Origin: Eledone cirrhosa
Taxonomy: Eukaryota
Direction of reading: 5' to 3'
DNA length: 64,000 nucleotides
NCBI GenBank assembly: GCA_964016885.1
Contig: OZ024740.1
Location: 385,826,001-385,890,000, forward strand
Shown here: positions 53,210 through 64,000 of the stretch, one piece after another
Layout: each line of letters opens with the position of its first letter
Numbering within the stretch: the stretch's first letter is position 1
Notes under the pieces: generated by a model
Told to the model about the DNA's origin: nothing
Seen by the model: the letters and a program-made list of their open reading frames with translations, nothing else
Databases searched by the model: none
Position numbers and translations under genes: made by a program

Positions 53210-54330
53210 TTGTGACAGTCTTTCAGCAATGGAATGACGAATGGAAACATTGTTTTCTTCATCCAATCTGATAATCAACTGCTTTTTATATAAACTTAGG
53301 GCAGATCCCTTATTGCTTGGTCCAAGGCTTCAACTGCTTGTTTATGGTTTATTGTGGCTTCATCCAAAATTATCATCTTACATGTCTGCAGGAGCTTGCT
53401 CTTGAGTGAGTTTGTCTTGATGTTGCAAAAAGATTATTCATGCCATGTGGGGTCTATGGGCAACTTAAACATGGACTGTACAGTTCTCCATCTATCCAGA
53501 AGTTTTCCTGTAATGCAACTAGACGCCACAGCAAGGGCAATATGTTGATTTATGAGGAATGTCTTACGTGTGACAGCAGGAGCATCTATGAAAAAGAGTC
53601 CTGTCATTTTCAATGTTTACCTTGATGTTGTAGTAGGCATATTTCTTGTCATCTACCATTCAAGGTTCATTTTCATCCACAATCTTTCCTAAGACTTGAA
53701 TATTGTAGTTTGTTTCCTGAAACATTTCTTGTGCTACCTCCATTTCTTCATCTGTCTCTGGCATCCCACAGTTAGCTACCTAATGTGCTATTCATTGCCT
53801 GAACTTGATGGGATAGGTTGCAGACAGCTTGATTGTAATTCCTGGGGGAATATTCCATATACATATTGCTGTGATGTCTTCAGGCTAGGTGTAGATAGTC
53901 TTCCAACATAGTTTTTGTACTCCTGCCAGAGTAGATGAGCTTTGTCAATTCTACATGTAGTAAGCATAATAGCAAATAACTGTCTTATTTGACTAACAAC
54001 TCGAGTGACTGCTGCTTCTTCTAGGGTCTTCTTCCAATGTCCATTGGCATGTAGGAGTCCATGCTATTTACATGCTTCTTGGTAAGTTGTGCTCACACTT
54101 CATCCAATGCATCTGAGATCCTCAAATGTTGTTGGTCCTTGAACAGTATGCAGAAGTACTGTTGATAAAAACACTATCTGTTATTGGGGTAGACATTATA
54201 AACATGCTCAATATCATCACTTACTTGATTTCATGACCATCATTGTTAGTTTGAGTTTCCTGAATAAAAGCTCTTGGATGATTTTTGCTGCATTTCCTAC
54301 CCACATCTTTTCTGCACACTGAACAAGGCT
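53210..54330 (-). mobile_element. Helitron Rep/PIF1-helicase remnant (pseudogenised)
   Basis: Minus-strand translation gives LLHTVQGPTTFEDLR..TYQEAC..GLL..W..TLEEA..QIRQLFAIML, GLFFIDAP...KTFL, IALAVASS and IILDEA..AVEALDQAIRDL, with stops and deletions. Confidence 0.8.
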
Positions 54331-54460
54331 ATTTCCCTGAAGGGATCAGGGTCTTGTTTTCCTTTCTACTTACTAGGACTTTAAATCTTTAGATTCCAAG
54401 TAATGCTTCTAGGTCGAACATTTTTTTTTTTTTAATGTCATTTTATTCATGTAACTTTCT

Positions 54461-54540
54461 GTTGACATAATAGCTACCTGATGAGGTCATAACTTATATA
54501 ACAGTTGCCATCGAAATACATATAACAGTGATTGTGTAAC
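54461..54540 (+). ncRNA. Degenerate minimal hammerhead motif
   Basis: CUGAUGA at 54478, GAAA at 54513, then tacata-UA. Distal stem I acataat/attgtgt pairs; the proximal stems are mismatched. Confidence 0.5.
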
Positions 54541-54577
54541 AAATAAAGGAGTTAAATTCTGATCTACTGGCATATAT

Positions 54578-55836
54578 ATCATCATCATCATCATCACCGT
54601 TTTACGTCCGTTCTTCCATGCTAGCATGGGTTAGACGGGTTGTCCTGGTCGGCTGACCATGCCTTGCTCATACAGGAACTGATTTGGGCTTGATTTCTAC
54701 AGCTGGATGCCCTTCCTAACACCAACCTCATTTACAGTGAGTGCTGGGTGCTTTTTTTCCGTGGCGCCTACACGTCCACTTTACAGTGTGGGCTGGGTGC
54801 TTTTTTGCCGTGGCACCTCCACAACCACTTTGCAGTGGGAGGGTGTGTGGGGGGGGGGCATATTGTCTATATGCTTCAGCTTGTACCCATGGGAGGTTGG
54901 GTACTCTGTATTACTGTCTGACGCCAGAGCTCACGGTCGTGTGTCATTGCCTTTGAGAGGTGCAACTGGGTAAGGTCAGCCCCTATCACCTCATCCCAGG
55001 TCTTCTTGGGTCTCCCCACTCCGCGGCTTCCATTGACTTCTAGTGCTCTGCACCTTTTTATGCAGCTGTCATCCTTCATACGCATCACATGTCCATACCA
55101 ACGCATCCGCCTCTCCTGCACACAGCATTTGATTCCTCTGATGCTCAGTCTCTCTCTCAATTCATTTATGCTTTGCCGTTCGCGTATATTACTATTACGC
55201 ATCCATCGGAGCATGCAGGCTTCGTTTCTTTCTAATCTACGTAAGTCTACCACCTTCAGCGCCCAGGTCTCACTACCATGTAACATTACTGTTCGGATAC
55301 ACGCATCATACAGTCTGCCTTTCATTTTGAGGGAGAAGCCTTTTGCAGCTAGCAGTGGCAGTAGTTCCCTGAACTTCTTCCATCGCGTTCTTACCCTAGT
55401 TATTGTACTTTCTGAACACCCACCTCCACTACTAATTCGGTCACCTAGGTAGCAGAAGCTGTCTACTGTTTCTACAGAGCCCTCCCAGAGATTGGTGGTA
55501 CTTGTTTCCTGTGGCTGTTTGCTGCTTGCTGTCCCAGCACAGCTGCTACATGTGAAGCCTACATTCTTAATTAAGCTTCCTGAGATCCTGCTACATCTCT
55601 TGTATACCCATTGTTTGCATTTGGGGCAGAGAATGGAGTTCCTACCTACACCTTTCCTACATACTGAGCAAGGCCATTTCCCTGAGGGGATCTGGGTTCT
55701 GTTTTCTTGTCTACTCACAAGGACCTTAGTCTTTGTCATGTTGACTTTGAGACCCTTTCTTTCTAGTCCCTGCTTCCAAGTTTGGAATTTCTTCTCTAGT
55801 TCTACCATAGGTTCAGCTATAAGTGTGAGGTCATCA
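54578..55836 (-). mobile_element. 5'-truncated RTE-type LINE with a PHD-like finger (second subfamily)
   Basis: ORF 54876..55907 has DDL, KTK, CSVC..CPKC..WVYKRC..CSSC, FCYLG, LHGSETW, RWYGH and GRPKKTW. (CAT)n tail on the + strand. Confidence 0.9.
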
Positions 55837-56301
55837 AATATATATATATTTATGTCTACATGCATATAGATATATATGCATATATACACACACATGAATA
55901 CACTCACTCACACACATGTATACATATAATTATTTATTCATTTAATCAATTTAAATTCCATATCATCATCATCATAGCTAGTAAGCCATTAAGCCATGAT
56001 AGGCTAGGTGGGTATCTAGGAACCCCTTACAATCAAGAAACAAAAACAAGATAGAGAGGTAAAAAGAAAAAAAAGGCCAACAGGGAGCAAAAGAAGCATA
56101 AAAAAAGAAGACAAAAAAATGGAAAACCAGGGAGGTTGAAAAGCAGCTAAAAGTTTCTGCTGTTGAATATTTTCATACCCTCCATATATATGCATATACA
56201 TGTGTGAATCTAACTATTCACTTTAAAAAATATTTGTTCAATTTTTAGTTGTTTTTTATTCCATCAACATTAAATTATTGAATTTTGTTGATATTTTGCA
56301 G

Positions 56302-56400
56302 TTCCTGATAAAGTTGCTCATATTGGCTTCAAGAATGTTACAGACCGTTCCGTCATAGTGATATGGAAGCCTCCACTTAAAGAAAATGGTATTCTTACAG
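56302..56400 (+). CDS. sdk: Sidekick-like exon: FN3 #4, N-terminal half
   Basis: ttgcag acceptor and gtaaat donor; 99 nt. Encodes PDKVAHIGFKNVTDRSVIVIWKPPLKENGILT. Confidence 0.9.
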
Positions 56401-57910
56401 GTAAATTGAGAGAATCACAGGCAGTTTTACAAACCATTACTATTACTCCCTGAGTTCAGAGCCTTTTTCTACATATTTGAAAACTACATTGGGCTATGTG
56501 TAATCTAAGGCTTTTTTAAAGAAAATGATATTAAATATATAGTAATATGTAATTAGATATATTTATTTTATTTTCTACTCCAAATCACCCCAAGCGAGGC
56601 ATTTATTATGAAAAATTATCATCAACATAATTATATATATTAAAGTAAAAGACCAAAATATAAAATTATCTTTTTAATAACTTTTAAACACCACGTGAAT
56701 TGGTGGGTGGGACAGCAAAACCATCCTTTTTTTAGCAGAGATGTCGATTGAGTTATCTGTTGATAGTAATATGTTGTATGTGTCTTCGTCTGTTGAAGCA
56801 TGATTGCAGTGGGAAAACTGATAAGGAGCCCACAACATTTTGAAAGACCAACAAGGATACAAAACTGCTAATATTGATGTTTTATTTCTGCCATGAAATG
56901 CAATGAATCCATATGGCAAACAATAATGCAAGAACATGAATGAGAGTATTTTGTTGTGGTGTGTTTAGATGTGGTGGAATTTGTGAAGTAGATTGAATGC
57001 ATGTGTGCAGATCATGTGTTCCTGTTAGGTGAAGAATTATAAAAAAGAATGAATGGGGAGATTTGGCTTCAGAAACGATATCACCTTGATGCCTGTAAGA
57101 TTTACTAACATGGATGCCATGATCTGGCTGTAACAGCAGCAACTACTCTGGTGATTATCACAACCAAAAGTCCTGTGTCCACTGTCTGAGAGAGAACAGT
57201 GAGGCTACTGAAGATTGGAGCTTAGTTTAAATACTCCTAGTTTTCATCATAGCTATTTCCAGCAATAACATCATGGCTATTGTAGTTTGTTTCATACCTA
57301 ACTGATAATTTTCATACACTTTTGTTTGCAGAACTATACATTTTTTTATGCTGCATATCAAATTCTATATGTAAAATGGAATTTTGTTTTTATAGATGAA
57401 AAAAATATTTTTCCTGACAATTTAAGACCATTTTTTGGTAACCATATGTCTCTTGAGATGATGGATCTGTATCTGTGTTGATAGATCATGATAACGTAGC
57501 CTTAGAGTGTCCTCACTAAGGTACAGGCCTAAGAAAGTTATATGGAAAACCAGCAGCAAGCCTCCCATGTCCACACCACTGATGTACAAGGAAAGGGAAA
57601 GAGTTAAGAAAAGAATAGATATTTTATGGCCCAATTCACAAAGACATGTGCTGCAATAATCTGGATATGTTACCTGAATCACTAAAGCTTATTTCAGAGT
57701 TTGTGGTAGATGTTAGTATTTTGCGCATAATTTTGACTAGATCTTTCAACAAAATCTGTGTAACAATTCCATTTTTATAAGCCTGTTTAACCCAGACCAG
57801 GGTAAAAATCTATAATATTGTTTCAATTGTATTTTATCAAATAGTATGTTAAAAATCTTTTCTGAACACTACAATACAGATTAAATTACAATTCTCTGTT
57901 TCTCTTACAG

Positions 57911-58099
57911 GTTATAAGTTAACTCACTTTAAAAAGAATTCTACAGATGTGATTTCTATGGAATTTAAGGCTAGTCAGCTACATTACAAGATCACATCAT
58001 TGAAACCAATAACAGTGTACACAATTTCTGTATCAGCTCAGACAAAAGTTGGTTTTGGACCAGTCTATTCTGCAGATGTCCGTTCAGGATTTACACCAG
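57911..58099 (+). CDS. sdk: Sidekick-like exon: FN3 #4, C-terminal half
   Basis: ttacag acceptor and gtaaga donor; 189 nt. Encodes GYKLTH...YKITSLKPITVYTISVSAQTKVGFGP..SGFTP. Confidence 0.9.
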
Positions 58100-58426
58100 G
58101 TAAGATGATTTTATAAATATATATATATACATGAGCATTTTAAGGCCATTTCCAGCTAAAACAGAGGTTTGCCTTGTGAACCCCATGATAAGCTTCATAC
58201 TCAACATGGGATCCTTTTTGATTCAATGTTTTACAGCTGGATGCCCTTCCTGGTGCCAACCTGTTTACTTGCCTATTACAACACAAAGCAATACAGTGTA
58301 CTTATTTTAAACTAGATACACACCGGGACTTATGTATATATATAAACATGGAAAAGTGAATTTAAAAACAATAGTGATAATGATGATTACTCTTAATTTT
58401 TTTTACTTTTTATTTTTATTATTTAG

Positions 58427-58797
58427 TACCTCCTGGTGCACCAAGTGGATTAGGAATCAGCAACATTCATCCCACATTTTGCCAACTAAAATTCACCCCA
58501 GGTTTTGATGGTAAAACTTCAATTACACAGTGGATTATTGAAGCTCAGATTAATTTCAATAAACAATGGAAAGAAATCTACAGTGTATTTGCTCCAGATG
58601 CTACAACACTGAAAATTTCAAATCTTCATCCTTACACACATTATCGACTTCGTATTATAGCTGAAAATACTGCTGGTCGTAGTAACCACAGTGAACCATC
58701 TCGACTGTTTCAAACAAGCCCTGCTCCACCCAGTAGACCTCCTGGCAACGTTACAGTTCAAGCCATCAATGAAACAGCCTTTCGTATCAGCTGGATG
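58427..58797 (+). CDS. sdk: Sidekick-like exon: FN3 #5 and start of #6
   Basis: atttag acceptor and gtgaga donor; phase 1-0. Encodes PGAPSGLGISNI...FTPGFDGKTSITQWIIEAQ, close to the Sdk GxDGKTSI.W..EAQ motif. Confidence 0.92.
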
Positions 58798-59757
58798 GTG
58801 AGAAATTTTTTGTATAAAGATCTAAAAGAAAGTATATCATTTGTAACACATCCATTCTATGTTTTATATGATTATTTTTTTTCTCAAATACCAGCTTCGT
58901 TTCACATGCAAAATGCATTTTTCTTTTTACTGTTAAGTCAAGGAGAGAAAGGCTGTGCTTATGTCCCTTTTCAGGGCCTACAAGTCTGTAGGGAGAGAGG
59001 AAGGTACTTTTAAACTGGGAACCTTGCAATAGAATGGACTTCACTCAAGGCACACGAGGGCAAGGTGGAGGAATTAAGTAAGGTAACAGTTTAAGTATAT
59101 CTCCCAAGTAGAGGAAAGTAAGATTTGAACTCAGAACACAAAGAGCCAGAAAAAATAAAGCAAGCCATTGTGCTCTGATCTAATGATTCTGAGTCAATCA
59201 TATTAAATTAAAAATATTAATGTTTGAACTATATAATGCTGGTATTTAACTCTAGTTTTTCTGTTATAGTAAGTGCCTCTTAGATCTATGCTAGATCTAT
59301 GGAGTTACATGTCCATAAGAATATTATTGCTTGTGTGTATGTTTGTAGTATGTGTGTGTGTGAATAATTAGATATAGTAGACTATATTATGCATATACAC
59401 ATACATGCACACATATACACATTCATATTGTAGGATAAGTGACATAATTGACTGTCTTTTGGAGGGAAAACCTTCCATTTTTTTTTGGGGGGGGGGGGGG
59501 CTTTTATGACTTTGCTACAATATTGCAAATATTCACTATTAATTACATTCATTTAAATTTTGCAGTAATACAGGACTAACGTAGTGTGTATCTAGATTTC
59601 AAAATTCTGTCCAAAGTTAATACTTTGTTTTGTTTTTTGTTTTATTTTTGACAACTAAAATGTTCAATTTTATATAGAATGTTTAAAAAAATATAAATGT
59701 TATTAATGTGTACCAATTCTAAAATATATATTCTAGCTAACAGTTCCCTAACCACTG

Positions 59758-60005
59758 TTAACCCTTTAGCATTTACATTATATATACTATTATAGAAACA
59801 ATTATATATACTATTATATTTTCATGGTAAAGGCTTTACCTCACATAATTATCTCACATAATATCGAATCTATGAGATTTTGATATTATTTATTTTGAGA
59901 ACAATATCTTAACATTAATATGAGTGGCTGGTTACAGCCAGTTTGAACAGAAAGAGGCGAGATAATTCTGGCCAGATACGGCCAGTTTAAATGCTAAAGG
60001 GTTAA
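59758..60005 (+). mobile_element. piggyBac-type MITE, third copy
   Basis: TTAACCCTTTAGCATTTA ... TAAATGCTAAAGGGTTAA perfect ends; it finishes about 60 nt before an sdk exon. Confidence 0.85.
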
Positions 60006-60066
60006 ACCTGAAAAATTGTTTTGTCTGTCTATTCACTGATGTATATATTATTTGAATGGTTTTTAG

Positions 60067-60301
60067 TTATTAACAAAACAAGACTGGAATGGAGAACCTC
60101 GTGGTTATGAGATATGGTACAGAATAGTTAACAGAAGCAACAACTGGACAGTAGTTACTTTGGAGAATGCTTTCAATAATTACAGCTACATATTGAATGG
60201 TCTCAATGAGTGGGTACAGTACAAAGTGAAAATGAATTCCTATAACTTTGTTGGCAAAAGTCCTTTCAGTCCAGTAATTAACCAAAAAACCATGGAGTCA
60301 G
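60067..60301 (+). CDS. sdk: Sidekick-like exon: FN3 #6, C-terminal part
   Basis: ttttag acceptor and gtaaag donor; phase 0-1. Encodes DWNGEPRGYEIWY...LNGLNEWVQYKVKMNSYNFVGKSPFS..TMES. Confidence 0.9.
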
Positions 60302-60485
60302 GTAAAGTATTATTTTAGATACTTTTTATTTTTTTGGTAAATATTGGAGCACAATCAATTGGCAAAATGATTTGAAAAAAAATTAAAGTCTTATTGAATA
60401 ATCAAATTGCCTTTGTAGAGATTGTTAGATTATTAAAACCTGAATTATATTGTTTTAAAGTATTTTAATATATACATATATATAT

Positions 60486-60821
60486 GGAGGCACACGGCTT
60501 AGTGGTTAGAGCATTGGCCTTGCAATCGAAAGGTTGTGAGTTCAATTCTCAGACCAGGTGATGTGATGTTTCCTTGAGCAAGACACTTTATTTCACATTG
60601 CTCCAGTTTACTCAGCTGTAGAAATGAGATGATAGGGACTGGGGTCCATATCATTCCACTGCAAAGTGGTCGTGGAGGTGCCATGGCAAAAAAGCACCCA
60701 GCCCACACTGTAAATGAGGTTGGTGTTAGGAAGGGCATGCAGCTGTAGAAATCAAGCCAGTATCAGTTCCCGTCCCACCCTTGCAAGCAGGGAAAAGCGG
60801 ACATAAAATGATGATGATGAT
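60486..60821 (+). mobile_element. tRNA-CORE-like SINE with an RTE-derived 3' tail
   Basis: A/B-box head (ggcttagtggttaga..gagttcaattct) and CORE-like ccttgagcaagacac..cagtttactcagctgtagaaatg. The tail ggttggtgttaggaagggcat..(GAT)n is shared with the LINEs at 31.8 and 54.7 kb. Confidence 0.8.
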
Positions 60822-61654
60822 ATAATTATCATCATCATCATTTAACGTCTACTTTCCACGCTCATATAGGACTGTTTCTGGCTGGGTGCCTTTCCTAATG
60901 CCAACCACATTTACAGTGTGGGCTGGATGTTTTGTGGTACCAATATATATATATATATATATAAAGAGAAGCTTTTGCCATGTTTTTGATTAGACCTAAT
61001 TTGAATGGAAAGAGATGGGTGATGTGTTGGTGTAATGGTAGCACAGTGGTCTGGATAACTAAAGATGTGTGTTTGACTCCCATGTACATCAACACTCATC
61101 TTTTTCCATTTCTTAGAAGGTTCTAAACCCCATTATCAGGCTAAAATTTCTTTAGTAAAAAATATGGCTTCTATTTCTATTTTCAAACTCGCTTGCTGTT
61201 TCAAAACAAACTTGCTTGATATATAAATATATATATGTGTGTAGAGAGAGAGAAAAAGAGAGAGAGAGAGAGTGGGGAGATATGAGATCTTACTACTTAA
61301 GACCAGCAAGACCATTATTCTACTTAGTACTCTATACTTAAGAAAATCTGTATTATACTTATATATTATATTATTTATTTATGTTCATACACTGAACAAA
61401 ATCACTACCTAAGGTTCCAAGGCCCAATAATGACCATATCTCCAGATTGTATGAGAGATCAAAATTGTGACCTAATCTTCAGGTGCTTAACAAGTTTGAA
61501 GATACCGTTAAAAGTGTAGCATGCTCAAATGCTAGAGCACTGTTTTCCTTTTTCATTTTTCACACCAGCGGATATTTTCTACACACACACACACACACAT
61601 ATATAGATTTTAAAAAGTCGAAGTGAATGTTGCAACATACATACAAACTTTATT

Positions 61655-61745
61655 TATATATTAGTGTTTCAATATCGATCAGCTCAGGGTACAATCAAGG
61701 TGACAGGGCCCGACTCGTTTTTGATATCTCATCAGATATGCAATC
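61655..61745 (-). ncRNA. Degenerate hammerhead, same family as 39771-39869
   Basis: Minus strand reads gcatat-CUGAUGA-gatatc...gagctgatcgatatt-GAAA-cac-UA-atat. Confidence 0.55.
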
Positions 61746-62026
61746 TTATATATGCAAAGACTCATCGAAACTGGATACAACCCAAATGAAATAGACCTCA
61801 TAACAGCATCGAGTGCTTTGAATGGCATGCGACCTGTAACTGTTGTTATACACTTAACTAACACACACACACATATATATATATATGAGGTGGTATCAAA
61901 AAGTGTTTCAGAGTAGTTGTATAGCACACCAACAGATGACAATGCATGGCAGCAAATGTTTAAATTGTATTTAAGTTAGTGTAATATATATAGTTAACAT
62001 TTTTTGGAAAATCAATTGACAACAAA

Positions 62027-62088
62027 AATGTCTACATGCGTTTCAACTTCAATATTAGTACATAATACTAAAGCATCATCAGGGCATT
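62027..62088 (-). ncRNA. Minimal type I hammerhead ribozyme
   Basis: Minus strand reads aatgcc-CUGAUGA-t-gctttagtatta/taatattgaagt-t-GAAA-cgcaug-UA|gacatt. Confidence 0.75.
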
Positions 62089-62704
62089 AATTCAGGATTT
62101 GGATGATGCAAGTCCCAAAGAAATACAAGAATCATAGTCAATACAGTAAAAAGATATTTTATATAATAATTCACAGTTGTGTAGAAATTAAAGAGGTTTT
62201 GAAGATGTTTTTAAAGAAATAAAGAGAAAGTTATTTCATCTCCGAGGATGCACAAACAAAACAGTTATACTTTTTTTTTTAGCAACAAGAAATGAAGAGG
62301 ATTTGTGAAGAGATTTTTTTTAAAAAGGAAAAAAAAACTTATGTAGAAATGTTAGTGAATTACGCTATAAAAGTGTATTGTTTTAAGTACAAATTATTAT
62401 AAAGTATTAGATAAATTAGAAGAAAAACCATATACAGATCTATATGATATGAATTGCATTAAAAAGACTTAGTTACATGTTAATGTTATGTAGCAGGTGT
62501 CATGGATACAGGTTGGCATTTGTTGAGGGTTAGTAGACTGATTGGAGCAATAACGGTCTTATATATATGTATAATAAGAAAAACGATGAAGTTTCATTTA
62601 TCTGTATCTATTGTGTATCAATCTTTTACATGCGTTTTGCAGAGGATTGACTCAAGGTTGCCCATAGAAGTTATGGACCCAAGATGCTAGGTATATATAT
62701 ATAT

Positions 62705-63397
62705 ACCCAATATCTCATTTATCATGACAAACACTGTGTTATGCCAGTGTGGATGTGTGCAATAAATGTTGGGAAATAGTCTTATCCTTCTGGATCGTGT
62801 GGAGATCTGAGGTCTTGTAGGTCTTGTAAGTCTGATGTTTGCACGAAGTCACATGTTCATCCCTTTTGTTTAGTAGTTGTTCCTTAATAAACAAAATTTG
62901 AATGGTTTCTTCGGAGCATAAATTGCATGGCAGCAGCTCCCATATAAGGTTTGGCCTTAGATAAAGTACTCCATTTCAGGTCGTAGGGGGTGTTATTATT
63001 GTGGAGGTCCCATATGTGGCTGTATAGTATTTAGCATTTTTCTAGGCCCAGTTTCTAAAGCTGTGTTGGTGCTGGTAGAACCTTGTCTTAAATTTGCAGG
63101 CAGTTAATCCTGTGCAGGTTCTGTTGCTGGCATTTGATGTTTAGAGAAAAGTTGTTTTGATCTGTGCAGTTCCATGGCCTGGTTTTGTCATTGCTGAAGT
63201 CTGAGTGAGATCTTACAGAGTTTAGTTTAGGAGTGTTGGAGGAAGCAATGATTTGTGTGAAGTTAAGTATGATGCTATAAGAAAGTTTGACAGCCATCAG
63301 GCCCCAACTCTCTCTAATATAGTCAAACTCTACTATCGCAAGTATTGAGTACTCTGTTGAATAATGGTCTTACTAGTTTAATATTGGTTAAATCCTG
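62705..63397 (-). mobile_element. Degenerate PLE (GIY-YIG region) with an inverted pLTR tail at about 63297-63397
   Basis: VKLSYSIILNFTQIIASSN matches IKLSYSTTPNFAQNIVSSN of the 27-kb PLE. It also shares gagcataaattgca and gaggtcccatatgtggc, and the tail ctctactatcgcaagtattgagtac. Confidence 0.75.
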
Positions 63398-63416
63398 ATA
63401 TATATATATATATATA

Positions 63417-63521
63417 GGAAAAGAGTCAGGACACCAACGGCTGAGCTCCTGCTGTTGCGACAGCTACTTTGTACTCTGGTGCGTTATGGTCCACCTGGTA
63501 TCTTACCACACCTTCTTTGTT
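63417..63521. mobile_element. PLE-derived mini inversion element in (TA)n
   Basis: The minus-strand 3' half of the hammerhead (63417-63466) is joined to a plus-strand pLTR tail (gtactctggtgcgttatggtccacctggt..taccaca..gtt). Confidence 0.75.
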
Positions 63522-63625
63522 ATATATATATATATAAAGAGAGAGTTAATCACATACACTGTGGTTATCTTTTGATTTAAATTAATTAGGAGAATTACCA
63601 GGTTTTAATTGCTTCTAATTTTCAG

Positions 63626-63741
63626 TGCCATCATCTGGACCAAGCAATGTAACTGGAAAAGTAGTCTCTTCATCTTCTATTATCGTTCAATGGAGTGATG
63701 TGCCTCGCATTGAACAAAATGGTCAGATCCTTGGATATAAG
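63626..63741 (+). CDS. sdk: Sidekick-like exon: FN3 #7, N-terminal half (gene continues beyond the window)
   Basis: tttcag acceptor and gtattg donor. Encodes VPSSGPSNVTGKVVSSSSIIVQWSDVPRIEQNGQILGYK. Confidence 0.9.
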
Positions 63742-64000
63742 GTATTGTACTCATTTGGTTTATTCTTTTATTATTTTAATGATTACAGATATTGGACTGT
63801 GATAATGTTGAAACAGCTTTTAACTCTTTTGATAACATACCACAGGAAACTGCCTTGGTTTTATGTTACAAAACTCCCCATTTTTAAATACTCATATTTA
63901 TATTAAAACTTTCCATCAACATTTTTTAAAAGAAATTTTTATTAAGCAATGTTCAAAACATCAGCTTTATAAGGAAATGGTTAATTATTTTATTAAGCTC

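Noticed and set aside
56680-57350. Possible Tc1/mariner transposase remnant
   Set aside because: No clear catalytic motif or TIR pair could be read; too degraded to support.

Overview
AT-rich animal genomic DNA, probably from an octopus or other coleoid cephalopod (inferred from the repeat repertoire, not proven). The backbone is the middle of one + strand gene, a Sidekick (Sdk)-type Ig/FN3 adhesion receptor. Ten GT-AG exons with matching phases (about 2.26 kb, about 753 aa) encode the last Ig domain and FN3 repeats 1 to about 7. The introns, including one of 31 kb (18010-49110), are packed with mobile DNA. A roughly 16-kb (TA)n/TATATG field holds four bipartite non-autonomous RTE copies, an RTE LINE with three C-terminal C2H2 fingers, a Penelope-like element (PLE; RT plus GIY-YIG) with an inverted pseudo-LTR (pLTR), and an RTE-type LINE with a PHD-like finger inside its RT. 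Elsewhere are two CRE-like RLE retrotransposon remnants, a Helitron remnant, SINEs (Nin/Deu-like and CORE-like) and hAT, piggyBac and pogo-type MITEs. The main signal the ORF track misses is RNA structure. At least seven type I hammerhead ribozyme motifs are present, one with a U3:A8 core and one with a loop I-loop II pseudoknot. Several tiny PLE-derived fold-back elements invert at the hammerhead core. All structures were folded by eye and coordinates may be off by a few nt. The long IY/YI-rich ORFs are microsatellite artefacts.
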